Origin: Paracoccaceae bacterium
Lineage (GTDB): Bacteria; Pseudomonadota; Alphaproteobacteria; Rhodobacterales; Rhodobacteraceae
NCBI GenBank assembly: GCA_965216135.1
Contig: CBDCFL010000021.1
Coordinates: 232,492-296,491, forward strand
Direction of reading: 5' to 3'
DNA length: 64,000 nucleotides
In this document: piece after piece, positions 32,173 through 44,668 of the stretch
Position numbering within the stretch: the stretch's first letter is position 1
How the letters are laid out: each line of letters begins with the position of its first letter
The notes under the pieces: model-generated
What the model was told of the DNA's origin: nothing
Seen by the model: only the letters and a program-made list of their open reading frames with translations
The model's database searches: none
Position numbers and translations under genes: made by a program

Positions 32173-33326
32173 TGCTCGAGAAAACCATCGCGCATCTGGG
32201 CAATCTGATCGCTTTTCCGGTCATCTCTGGCGACGACAATCTGGCCATCGTCGACTATCTGCAGGACCGTCTTGAGGCCGCTGGTGCGGTGTGCTGGCGC
32301 AATTGCGATACCAGCGGTACCAGGGCAAACCTGTTCGCCACGCTTGGACCCCTCGATGGCCGCGGTATTCTGTTATCGGGCCACACCGATGTTGTGCCGG
32401 TTGGCCGGCAGAACTGGACCAGCGAGCCGTTCAAAATGGACCGCCGTGCGGGCCAACTTTTTGGCCGCGGTACCTGCGACATGAAGGGATTTGTCGCGGT
32501 CTGCGTGGCTCTTGCCGAGACGATTTCACCCGGCGATCTGACCCGCCCCCTGCATTTCGCGTTTTCCTATGACGAGGAAACCGGCTGTCTGGGGGCGCAA
32601 AATCTGGTCCGCGAGCTGGCCGCGAGACATATCCGCCCCGAAATCACCATTGTCGGCGAGCCGACGCAGATGCGGATCATCGACGGGCACAAGGGGTGTT
32701 ATGAATACGCGGTGGAATTCACCGGCCTAGATGGTCACGGGTCCGCCCCTGAACGCGGCGTAAACGCGGTGGAATGTGCGGTGCGTTACGCGGCGCGCCT
32801 GTTGGAAATGCGCGAAAAACTGAAAGAGCGCGCCCCGGCCGAAAGCCGGTTTGATCCGCCATCGACGACGCTGAACATTGGCCGGTTGAGGGGCGGTGTG
32901 GCCACCAATGTCATTGCCGGGCAGGCGCACCTCGACTGGGAAATGCGCCCCGTCCAGGACAGCGATGCGGATTTTGTGAAAGATGCGTTGCGCGATTACA
33001 CCGAAAACGACCTGCTGCCAGCGATGCGTTCTGTGTACCCCGGCGCGAATATCGAGACCTCCGTGATTGGCGAGGTCGTCGGCCTTGATCCCCAGGAAAA
33101 AAACGCGGCGCGCGATCTGCTGGCGGAATTGACCGGAAATGACACCGCCGATCTGGTCGCGTTCGGCACCGAAGCCGGTCTATTTCAAGGGCTTGGCAGT
33201 GATGTGGTGGTCTGCGGGCCGGGCTCGATTGCCCAGGCCCACAAGCCCGACGAATATATTGAAATCGCCGAGCTTGCCAAATGCTGCGAAGTTCTGGCCG
33301 CGGTCGCCGCGACACTTTCGCGCTAG
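32172..33326 (+). CDS. M20-family deacylase (ArgE/acetylornithine deacetylase-like)
   Basis: LSGHTDVVP, RGTCDMKG, DEETGC motifs. TGATG overlap with doeA. Confidence 0.8.
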   Translation: MLEKTIAHLGNLIAFPVISGDDNLAIVDYLQDRLEAAGAVCWRNCDTSGTRANLFATLGPLDGRGILLSGHTDVVPVGRQNWTSEPFKMDRRAGQLFGRGTCDMKGFVAVCVALAETISPGDLTRPLHFAFSYDEETGCLGAQNLVRELAARHIRPEITIVGEPTQMRIIDGHKGCYEYAVEFTGLDGHGSAPERGVNAVECAVRYAARLLEMREKLKERAPAESRFDPPSTTLNIGRLRGGVATNVIAGQAHLDWEMRPVQDSDADFVKDALRDYTENDLLPAMRSVYPGANIETSVIGEVVGLDPQEKNAARDLLAELTGNDTADLVAFGTEAGLFQGLGSDVVVCGPGSIAQAHKPDEYIEIAELAKCCEVLAAVAATLSR

Positions 33327-33403
33327 GCCAAATTTGCGGTCCATTTTGCGCGCTGTCATGCGATGCGGGCCAATTGCGCTTAAAAAGCAACAGAATTGCC
33401 ATC

Positions 33404-33430
33404 ACGCCCGTACTTTCCGGGGCGTTTTTC
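33404..33430 (+). terminator. Intrinsic-terminator-like hairpin
   Basis: ACGCCC-gtactttcc-GGGGCGT followed by TTTTT, 78 nt after the M20 gene stop. Confidence 0.5.
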
Positions 33431-33501
33431 TGGACCGTTCCCGACGGGCTGGGTATGGTTTGGAAATACGGGGCGGCACGACCCTGCAATTTGAGGCACG
33501 A

Positions 33502-34025
33502 ATGACGTTTCCAGAGCGGTTCTCTGACCTGCCGGAATATGCGTTTCCGCGATTGCGGAGGCTCTTGGACGCCCACCCCCCCGGTGGCGAGGTGGTGCAT
33601 ATGTCCATCGGCGAGCCGAAACATGCCTTTCCCGATTGGGTGGGTGCGATTGTCGCCGAAAATGCTGACGGGTTCGGCCGCTATCCGCCAAACGATGGCA
33701 CGCCGGAGCTTTTGGGGGCCATCGCCGATTGGTATCAGCGCCGATACGGCCAGACGCTGGACCCGGCAATCCAGATCATGGCCTTGAACGGCAGCCGCGA
33801 AGGGCTGTTCAACGCGGCGCTGGCGCTCTGCCGCGAAGACATTCGCGGGCAAAGACCCGCCATACTGATCCCGAACCCGTTTTATCAGGTTTACGCCATC
33901 GGCGCGCGTCAGTGGGTGCCGAGCGGGCAAACCCCGGCGAAAATTACATCCGGGTCGCGATGGTGGCCCCAATACAAGAAACCAAGCGCGGGCTTACGGC
34001 AATCCGCGAAACTTTGTACGCATGA
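33502..34025 (+). pseudogene. Class I aminotransferase (DapC-like) remnant with a large internal deletion
   Basis: The first ~136 codons (LPEYAFPRLRRLL...MSIGEPKHAFP...LNGSREGLF...IPNPFYQVY) are typical. The last ~35 codons (VGAERANPGENYIRVAMVAPIQETKRGLTAIRETLYA*) are in another frame. About 220 codons, including the PLP-lysine region, are missing. Confidence 0.8.
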
Positions 34026-34036
34026 GGGTAATGTAA

Positions 34037-36775
<2,739 letters not shown>

Positions 36776-36982
36776 CGCAACCAGCGCTCATCAGCTCTCG
36801 CGGGCTATTTCGCTGTGCCAAACGAAGAGCGCCCGCAAGGGAGCGATAATCGCCGCGCCGGGCAACCGATCGCTCCCGGGCTTGTTATCGCCTATCAACG
36901 CACCGTTATGGCCTAGCATCCATAGGATTGCTAAACCCCGCTCAGGTGCCAAAGCACCCGATCCAATGTGCAGGAAAGACCC

Positions 36983-37576
36983 ATGTTCCGATTTGTTAGC
37001 GCGCTCACGCTTGTCATTCTCAGCGGCTCACCCGGCGTTGCCGCCCAGCTTACGTTGCAGGAAATATCCGATTACCTCAACGGCATCCGCACCGCCTCGG
37101 CTCGGTTCGAACAGATCAACGCCGATGGTTCGCGCTCACAGGGCCAGCTGTTTATCCGCCGACCAGGCCGGATGCGGTTTGAATATGACGCCCCCGACAA
37201 AAGCATCGTGATTGCGGGTGGGGGCCTTGTCGCCATATTCGACGCGCGCTCGAACCAAAAGGCCCAGCAGTTCCAACTGGCCAATACGCCGCTCAAGCTC
37301 TTGCTGTTTGAGGATATAGACCTGCGCCAGGAACGCCTGGTGATCGGCACCAGCTACCAAAACGGCGAAACCACCGTGGTGACCCAGGACCCAAAACATC
37401 CCGAATACGGCTCGCTGCATTTGCGGTTTCGCGACACGCCCGAGCTGACCGGCTGGAGCGTCATTGACGGCGGTGGCAGCCGAACGACGGTGTTTCTGGT
37501 CGGTTTTGAAACCGAAGTGCGCCTGCGCAACAACCTGTTCAACGTCCGCGACGAGATCGAGGCGCGCGAAAGATAG
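36983..37576 (+). CDS. lolA: Outer-membrane lipoprotein carrier LolA
   Basis: Signal peptide, then FEQ...G.L.I.RPG.MRFEY pattern. Conserved ftsK-lolA order. Confidence 0.85.
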   Translation: MFRFVSALTLVILSGSPGVAAQLTLQEISDYLNGIRTASARFEQINADGSRSQGQLFIRRPGRMRFEYDAPDKSIVIAGGGLVAIFDARSNQKAQQFQLANTPLKLLLFEDIDLRQERLVIGTSYQNGETTVVTQDPKHPEYGSLHLRFRDTPELTGWSVIDGGGSRTTVFLVGFETEVRLRNNLFNVRDEIEARER

Positions 37577-37592
37577 TGCTCCGGCGTCCCGA

Positions 37593-38168
37593 TCAGGTGC
37601 AGCTGCGCAGTTGCTTGTCGTAAACAATAGCCCGTGTTTCGACCTCATTTGCCACGTTCAAGAGCCAGGATTTGGACTTGTGGGTGCCACGGGCATAGCC
37701 GGATCGGCCCTCGTGATAGGCCAGATACTGGTTTTTCGTGTCACTTGTTGAGATCCCCAGCCGCTCATTTGAGCCGGCCATGTACCAACCGATAAAATCG
37801 CTGGCAGCGCCAAAAGAGCCGCGGCTGGCATAACGATTACCGGTATCCTCACGGTATTCGGCCCAGGTTCCATCAAGCGCCTGACTGTAGCCTCGCGCCG
37901 AACTGACGCGACCTGCCGGGATAAAACCCAGCAGCCGTTTTCGCGGCGTTTTGGCGTTACCGACGAATTTGCTCTCCTGGTAAATCACCGCCATTTGCAC
38001 CGCAACTGGCACCGACCATTTGGTCTGTGTGCGTGCCATTGCGCGCATATATGAAGGCTCTTGCGCGATTATCGCGCAGGCGTTTTCGAGGTTTTTCGGC
38101 GCTTGATTGATGCTTGCACAAGCCGACACGGCCAAAGCCGCCGCAAGTGCACTCAGGGTTCTGCTCAT
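37593..38168 (-). CDS. Lipoprotein with a transglycosylase SLT-like domain
   Basis: Lipobox LAVSAC, then IYQESKF and AYHEG motifs. Confidence 0.5.
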   Translation of the reverse strand: MSRTLSALAAALAVSACASINQAPKNLENACAIIAQEPSYMRAMARTQTKWSVPVAVQMAVIYQESKFVGNAKTPRKRLLGFIPAGRVSSARGYSQALDGTWAEYREDTGNRYASRGSFGAASDFIGWYMAGSNERLGISTSDTKNQYLAYHEGRSGYARGTHKSKSWLLNVANEVETRAIVYDKQLRSCT

Positions 38169-38447
38169 CTGCCTCTCGTCTTCTTTTTTTCTTATCCTAG
38201 CAGAGGACAACAGATGGTGAAATACACCTATCGATCACTTTTAGCCGATGGCGGCGGGAATTCGCGCGACAGTCGCCCCGGTAAGCGGGGAAATGGCGCT
38301 TCGGCACCAAACCGCGTCACGTTTGTGCGGTCGGCGCGGCGCGACTGTCAAAAACAGGTTCACAGTCTGTTTCCTTTTCGGCGCATCGCAATCGTGGACA
38401 TCGCCGCGCCGCTGCGTCTACAGTATTTCATTGGGGGTTGTTACGTG

Positions 38448-38774
38448 ATGCTGAGAACGCGCGCGAAATATCATCTTGGTCAGATTGTCCGCCACCGGAA
38501 GCATCCGTTCCGGGGCGTGGTTTTTGACGTCGATGCGATGTTTTCCAACACCGACGAATGGTATGACGCCATTCCCGAAGAAAGCCGTCCGTCCAAAGAT
38601 CAGCCGTTTTACCATCTGCTCGCCGAGAACGACCAGAATTACTATGTCGCTTATGTGTCCGAGCAGAACCTGATCGCCGATTATTCCGGCAAGCCGGTCA
38701 CCCACCCCAACCTGCCCGATCTGTTCGGTGACTTTGAAGACGGTCAATACCCGCTGCAATTTCAGCTGAATTGA
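38448..38774 (+). CDS. hspQ: Heat-shock protein HspQ (hemimethylated-DNA-binding YccV family)
   Basis: YHLGQIVRHRKHPFRGVVFDVD...PFYHLL..ENDQNYYVAYVSEQNL. Confidence 0.85.
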   Translation: MLRTRAKYHLGQIVRHRKHPFRGVVFDVDAMFSNTDEWYDAIPEESRPSKDQPFYHLLAENDQNYYVAYVSEQNLIADYSGKPVTHPNLPDLFGDFEDGQYPLQFQLN

Positions 38775-38911
38775 GTGCGGCTCACAGTCCCAGACGTGCC
38801 GTAGGTTGCGCGATTTCTACTGAGGTTGGGTGTGCCTGTCCAAACCTGTAACCGCTCAACGTTGGCGATTTCTAAGATATTGGCCAAGGCGCAGGTCCGC
38901 TCGCGGTAATC

Positions 38912-39364
38912 TCATACCGGCAGTGCCGTGGTCTTGAACACTTCCCTCAGCGCGAAAGACGAATGCATTTGCGCGACCCCCGGCAGGCGGGCCAGGTGGT
39001 GGCGGTGGATCTGGGCGAAGTGATCAGTGTCGGCGGCCACGACTTTCAGCAGATAATCGGCCGTGCCTGCCATCAGGTGGCATTCCAGAACATCCGGGAT
39101 TTTCGCCACCCCGCGCTCGAACGCCTCCAGCACTTCGTCGGCCTGCCCCGACAGGGTGATTTCCACGAAAATCGTCGCCGGACGCTCCAGTTTTCGCGGG
39201 TCCAGCAGCGCCACGTAATCGCGGATAAACCCCGATTTCTCCAACTGCTGCACCCGGCGGTGGCAGGCCGAGGGCGACAGGTTCGCACGCTCGGACAATT
39301 CAGCATTGGTGGCGCGCGCATTTTTCTGCAGGGTCCGCCGGTCTGTTTCGTCGATTTCACCCAT
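38912..39364 (-). CDS. Lrp/AsnC-family transcriptional regulator
   Basis: DETDRRTLQKNARATNAELSERANLSPSACHRRVQQLEKSGFI HTH followed by an RAM domain. Start at the internal Met 39364. Confidence 0.9.
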   Translation of the reverse strand: MGEIDETDRRTLQKNARATNAELSERANLSPSACHRRVQQLEKSGFIRDYVALLDPRKLERPATIFVEITLSGQADEVLEAFERGVAKIPDVLECHLMAGTADYLLKVVAADTDHFAQIHRHHLARLPGVAQMHSSFALREVFKTTALPV

Positions 39365-39561
39365 GGCGCAAAATAATCCTGCAAATTGGATCACATGCGC
39401 AATAATTAACGCCGATATGGGCGTATGGCCACCAATATTTTCAAAGCAATTGCACGCATCAAATGCCACAAGCGCGCCCAACTGACCTGCTCCCCGAAAA
39501 CTGGTCCATTTGAAAGGAGGATCTGTTCGCTTAATGTTCACGAGAACGAGGAGAACAGAGA

Positions 39562-39828
39562 ATGCGCAAGTCACGGTTTAGCGAAGAGCAGATTGTTCGG
39601 ATCATTCAGGAGTATGCGGCGGGTGCGAAAGTGTCCGAGTTGTGCCGTAAGCACGGTATGTCGGATGCCACCTTTTAGAAATGGAAAGCCAGGTATGGCG
39701 GCCTTCAGATTTCCGATGTCAGGCGGCTGAAAGACCTGGAATCGGAGAACGGCAAGCTGAAGAAGCTGCTGGCCGAAACCATGCTTGATAATGCTGGCCT
39801 GAAAGGGCTTCTGGCAAAAAACTTCTGA
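39562..39828 (+). pseudogene. IS3 orfA (HTH) with an in-frame TAG
   Basis: MRKSRFSEEQIVRIIQEYAAGAKVSELCRKHGMSDATF*KWKARYGG. The TAG at 39676-39678 is where relatives have Tyr. Confidence 0.8.
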
Positions 39829-39854
39829 AGCCTGCAAGCCGCCGGGAAGCAGTC

Positions 39855-40721
39855 ATGGTTCTTTGCCGTGACTATCAGTTTTCAACTCGGCGGGCCTGTG
39901 GGCTGATTGGGTTTTCCAGATCGAGTAATGAATACAGAGGAAGGCCGGATCGCCATGCGAGGATACGGGAACGGCTGGTCACGCTTTCCGGCAAACACCG
40001 ACGCTATGGCTATCGCATGTTGCATGCCAAGCTTGGCCAGGAGGGTTTCAAGGTGAACGTGAAAGTGGTGGAGCGACTTTACCGAGAGGAGCGCCTGACC
40101 CTGCGCCGCCGCAATCGCAAGAAAATCCCCAAGGGCGTGCACGAAGGTGCCTGGTGCCCGATCGCCGCCAACCAGCGGTGGAGCCTGGACTTCACCATGG
40201 ATGCGCTCGCCAACGGCAGGAAGTTCCGCACCGTCAATCTGAAAGACGACTGCACACGGGAATGTCCGGCGATTGATGTGGCCCTGTCGATCCCCGGCTC
40301 CCGTGTGGTGGAAATGCTGGAACGGGTGGCTCGTGAGCGGGGGTACCCGGATGTTCTGACCGTTGACAATGGGCCTGAACTACGAGGCCGCGCGCTTGAT
40401 GGCTGGGCAGATGATCACGGCGTGCAGCTCTACTTCATCGACCCGGGCAAGCCGACCCAGAACGCCTACATCGAAAGTTTCAACGGCCGGTTTCGCGAAG
40501 AATGCCTGAACTTGAACTGGTTCACCTCGCTGGCCGAGGCAGAAAGGATCATCGAGGACTGGCGGATCGATTACAATCAAAACCGGCCCCACTCTTCGCT
40601 GAACTATCAAACCCCGGAAGAATTTGCCGCAAACAGGCCTTTCCATAAACCGCAATGGGCAGCGACGCTTGAGCTATCTGAAGGCTCCGCGCCACCGCCC
40701 ATTGCTCACGCCGCCGAATAA
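39855..40721 (+). CDS. IS3 orfB (DDE integrase-like catalytic domain)
   Basis: YGYRMLHAKL, WSLDFT, DNGPEL, NAYIESFNGRFREECLN, YNQNRPHSSL. Confidence 0.9.
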   Translation: MVLCRDYQFSTRRACGLIGFSRSSNEYRGRPDRHARIRERLVTLSGKHRRYGYRMLHAKLGQEGFKVNVKVVERLYREERLTLRRRNRKKIPKGVHEGAWCPIAANQRWSLDFTMDALANGRKFRTVNLKDDCTRECPAIDVALSIPGSRVVEMLERVARERGYPDVLTVDNGPELRGRALDGWADDHGVQLYFIDPGKPTQNAYIESFNGRFREECLNLNWFTSLAEAERIIEDWRIDYNQNRPHSSLNYQTPEEFAANRPFHKPQWAATLELSEGSAPPPIAHAAE

Positions 40722-40781
40722 TGGCAAACAAAAGAGGAACAGAGTCTACCTAAAAGTGGCCCTCAAATTGGGGGCAGGTCA

Positions 40782-41289
40782 CGGCTGGAATTCCATGGTT
40801 CGAAGATCAGTTCAAATGGCGGATTGCTGTTGTTCCGGGAACTGGATGAAGTGCCCGGCCGGCACGACATTGCGGGTAGATTGCTGAGAGACACGCGAAC
40901 TGGCCACAATCGCCTGCACTCACTGGTCGGCCTGTTGCGCCAGTCGGTCTTTGGTCGGCTGGCCGGGTACGATGATGTGAATGATGCGGATCGTTTATCG
41001 CTTGATCCGGTAATGCGGCAGGTGGTCGGCGGACGGGCTGTGGATGCCAGGGCCGCATCCTCAAGCCAGATGGGACGGTTCGAAACCGAGGTGCTGGCAA
41101 CTTCGGATAATCGCACTGCGCTGGCTGACTTGTCAGGGCAATGGATCGACCGGATTCACGAACGCAAACCTCCCAAGTGGATCACGCTGAATATGGACAG
41201 GTCGGTCAGCCCGACCCACAGAGCGCAGGAAGACACGGCCTGGAACGGTCATTTCGGCTGCATGTGTTATCACCCGCTGTTCGTCTTCA
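40782..41289 (+). pseudogene. IS1380-family transposase, N-terminal piece (truncated at both ends)
   Basis: SSNGGLLLFRELDE...GRLAGYDDVNDADRL...WNGHFGCMCYHPLFVF is collinear with the copy at 53186-54535. The 5' end is cut by the IS3 element and the 3' end stops at codon ...FVF. Confidence 0.85.
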
Positions 41290-42405
41290 CCCGCATTCCC
41301 CAGATGGATGCCCGTTTCTTCACCCGCAGAAGCGTGATATACTCGATTATACAATGAGTTAACCGGGTTGGAGCGGGAATTTGCGAGCGAACGCGACGGG
41401 TGAAGTACAAATCGTGCCTATCCGGTTGTCACCCACACCCACTACATCTAGGGTGCTCCCAGTCGCCCGAGTAAAGCTCGGCGTAAGTGGGAGCGGTGAC
41501 ATCGCCAGCGATTCCGAGCAGGGACCGGAAGGCGTTGAACGGGTAGAACCGCCTGTTGAAGCGGAAGGTGAACTCGTTGAGGTAGGCTTGGAGGTGCTGG
41601 TGGCTCACGCCGTGATGAATGCCACTCAGCCACGTCTTCAGGTTGGCGAAGACGAGATGAATGATCGGCAGATACTCCTCAGCGACCTGGGAGTTGCCTC
41701 GCTCGGCGACGGCGAGGTGTTTGTAGCCGCGCTTGGCGAGGCTGGTATAGCCGGACCAATCGTCGGTGATGACCGACGCACCCGAAGTAACGGCACCCTC
41801 GACAAAGCCGCAGAGCGATTCCGCGCTGCGGTCTGGCACGACAGCGAGTCGGACACGTCCGGCGTAGCGACCGCCCTTCCGCTTATCGAGCTTGGTTCCC
41901 GGCTTGCGCTGTCGCACTTCAACGGCGCTGGCGACAAGAAGCTTGTGGTGAACGCCCCGGCCCTTGCCGCGCGTGCGGCCGCCGACCCAGGTTTCGTCGA
42001 CTTCGACATGGTCGCAGGCCTCGCTGCCGATGCGGTCCTGATCCGGCCGAACCATACCAGCGCGGAGCTTGTGGAGGATCTGAAAGGCGGTTTCGTAACG
42101 GGAAAGCCCGACCTGGCGCTGGAACTGTGTGGCAGACATGCCGGGCGTCTGGCTGGCAACCAGATAGGCCGCCCAGAACCATACGCCCAGCGACGTATGG
42201 GAGCGCTCCATGACCGTCCCCGCCGTCAGCCCGGTGTCGCGGCGGCACTTTCGACAGCGCAGGACGCCGGGCCGGCTGGTGAAGCGGAACGGCTCTGCCG
42301 CCGTCTGGCAATGGGGGCAGACGAACCCGTCACCCCACCGCGCCTTCTCCAGGTAGGCGGCACAGGCCGCGTCATCCGGGAAAAGTCGTTGAAACTCGGA
42401 AGCGA

Positions 42406-44541
42406 GGGAGCGTTAGAAATTCCGTGTCATTTCTGTAAACTGAAGAAAAGGAATGACACATGCGAGAAGAATTTGATTTTGATGTAGCTTTGGCGGCTTT
42501 GCAAGATGGCCAGGGCCTTACAGGCAAGGACGGTATTCTGACGCCGTTAGTCAAGCAACTGACCGAAGCTGCATTACAGGCTGAACTGGAGGCGCATTTA
42601 AAGGCCGACAAGTCCAGCAACCGCAGGAACGGAGCTGGCCGTAAGACCATCAAATCCACGTCTGGAAGTTTCGAACTGGCAACGCCACGAGATCGGGCTG
42701 GATCGTTTGAGCCGCAACTGGTGAAAAAACACCAGACCCACATGAGCGACGAGATCGAATGCAAGATTATTTCAATGTTCGGGCTTGGAATGAGCTATCT
42801 GGACATCGCTGGACACATCTCGGAAATCTACGGTCTGGATGTTTCAAACGCCACGATCAGCGCCGTCACTGATAAATTGATCCCTGAAATCAAGCTCTGG
42901 CAGCAGCGGCCCCTGGACAGCCATCACCCGTTTGTTTGGCTTGATGCTATTCACTACAAGGTTAAGCAAGACGGGCGCTACGCAGCCAAAGCGGTTTACA
43001 CGGTTCTGGGGCTTAATCTTGAGGGCAGGAAGGAAATTCTTGGCCTGTATCTATCTGAAACCGAAGGTGCAAACTTCTGGCTCTCGGTGCTGACGGACCT
43101 GAACAATCGCGGCCTGCAAGACATCCTGATTGCTTGTGTCGATGGCCTCACGGGCTTTCCAGAGGCGATCAACGCGATCTTTCCCCAGACCGAAGTCCAG
43201 CTTTGTGTCATCCACCAAATCCGCAATTCTCTGAAATATGTAGCCAGCAAAAACCAGAAGGAATTCATGGCTGATCTAAAGCCGGTTTATAAGGCTGAAA
43301 CTGTGAAAGCGGCTGAAATCGCGTTGGATGCGTTAGAAGAAAAATGGGGAACTAATACCAACGGCATCAATTTCTGACTCTGTGGGGATTCCCAAATCGG
43401 TTTTGATCTGATTCAAGGTTGGCAAAGGAGGATCGCCATGCCAGCCAGTGTTCCGCTTCGTCGCGACTTTGATGCCCGACCTTCGTAAACTCGCCAGCCG
43501 TTGCAAGGATGCCCGGCAGAGCCGCCGTCTGTTGTCTCTTGCGGCGGTCTACGATGGCATGCGCCGTGGAGAGGCCGCAAGGATCGGTGGGATGGATCGC
43601 CAAACCCTGCGGGACTGGGTTCACCGGTTCAACGAAGAGGGACGGATGGCCTCACCAACCGCAAGGGCGCGGGCCGGACGCGCTACCTGAGCGATGTCCA
43701 GATGAAAGAACTTGGCGAGATTGTCGAGACCGGCCCCGATCCGGCGGTGGACTGTGTGGCAGACATCCGAGCGCGGGCAGACTGCTTGGCGAACTGGGGC
43801 CCATATCAGCGCCCGCCCGCAGCATCCCAGGCAGGATAAGCGGATCATCGAGGCGTTTAAAAAAAACTTCGCCGACACGCTCCAGGTGCATATAGCTGAC
43901 CTGCCAGCGGGAACGCCGGTGGAGATCTGGTTCCAGGACGAAGCACGCCTTGGCCAGAAGAATGGCCTGACGCGCCTGTGGGCGAGAAAGGGCACGCGCC
44001 CCCGCCAGCCGGCCGATCAGCGCTATCACAACGCCTATCTGTTCGGCGCCATCTGTCCGGCTCACGGCAAGGGGGCGGCGCTATGGGAGCGCTCCATGAC
44101 CGTCCCCGCCGTCAGCCCGGTGTCGCGGCGGCACTTTCGACAGCGCAAGACGCCGGGCCGGCTGGTGAAGCGGAACGAAAATGGGCTCTGCCGCTGGTAT
44201 AAATACCCAATCGTCATTAAATCATGGCGTAAAAAATGGCCCAATTTGTCGGTCTACTTCAAATATCCAGCTGACATTCGGCGGGTAATTTACACCACCA
44301 ACGCAATCGAGGCCGTGCATCGCCAGTTCCGAAAACTGACCAAAACCAAGGGCGCGTTTCCCAATGAAAACAGTTTGCTCAAACTGCTGTATATGGGGAT
44401 CCAGAACGCTTCAAAAAAATGGACCATGCCATTGCAAAACTGGAATTTGACTTTGTCCCAACTTTCCATCTATTTTGAGGGAAGGTTAGACGATGTCTTG
44501 GACATCTAGACTAACCCCGTGACACGGAATTCTGAACACCC
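42406..44541 (+). mobile_element. IS256-family element, copy 1, interrupted by an IS630 relic
   Basis: Ends are GGGAGCGTTAGAAATTCCGTGTCA and, reverse-complemented, GGGTGTTCAGAATTCCGTGTCA. The direct repeat TCGGAAGCGA occurs at 42396-42405 and 44542-44551. The transposase spans 42460-43355 plus 44200-44509 (…EEKWGTN / KYPIVIKSWRKKW…). Confidence 0.9.
43356..44199 (+). mobile_element. Degraded IS630-family copy C (same subtype as 49559-50720)
   Basis: Both IS termini are present. Several 1-5-nt deletions. One 77-nt segment and the whole 3' half are replaced by IS1595-derived sequence. Confidence 0.85.
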
Positions 44542-44668
44542 TCGGAAGCGACCGCGGAAACGAAAGGTCTTCGCGCTGCGGAACATCCATCCCCGCTTCG
44601 TCCGCCTCCCGAGCCACTCGACGCCACACCCTACATATAGTGGGTGTGGGTGACAACCGGATAGGCAC

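Larger units (their letters stand above)
39483..40781 (+). mobile_element. IS3-family (IS407-group-like) element, 1299 bp
   Basis: Ends are TGACCTGCTCCCC... and ...TGGGGGCAGGTCA. orfA/orfB are arranged with an A6C slippery run at about 39815-39822. The flanking 4-mers differ (CAAC vs CGGC), so there is no TSD. Confidence 0.9.
41413..44668 (-). mobile_element. IS1595-family element, copy 1, interrupted by IS256
   Basis: About 32-bp inverted repeats CGTGCCTATCCGGTTGTCACCCACACCCACTA at 41413 and 44668. Transposase codons lie at 41429-42395, and the first ~17 codons resume at 44552-44602. One amino-acid difference from copy 2 in the 260 aa ORF-track overlap. Confidence 0.9.

Noticed and set aside
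32911-33972. 353-codon minus-strand ORF spanning the M20 gene's 3' end, the spacer and the aminotransferase remnant.
   Set aside because: It is antisense to two recognisable genes, the translation is Arg/Pro-rich, and it crosses an intergenic terminator.
41381-42487. 368- and 425-codon ORFs (41381-42487 and 52090-53367) antisense to both IS1595 transposase genes.
   Set aside because: They are conserved only because the IS copies are near-identical. The composition is low-complexity and Arg/Ala/Gly-rich, and they run through the IS terminal repeat into the flanks. I see no independent evidence of coding.
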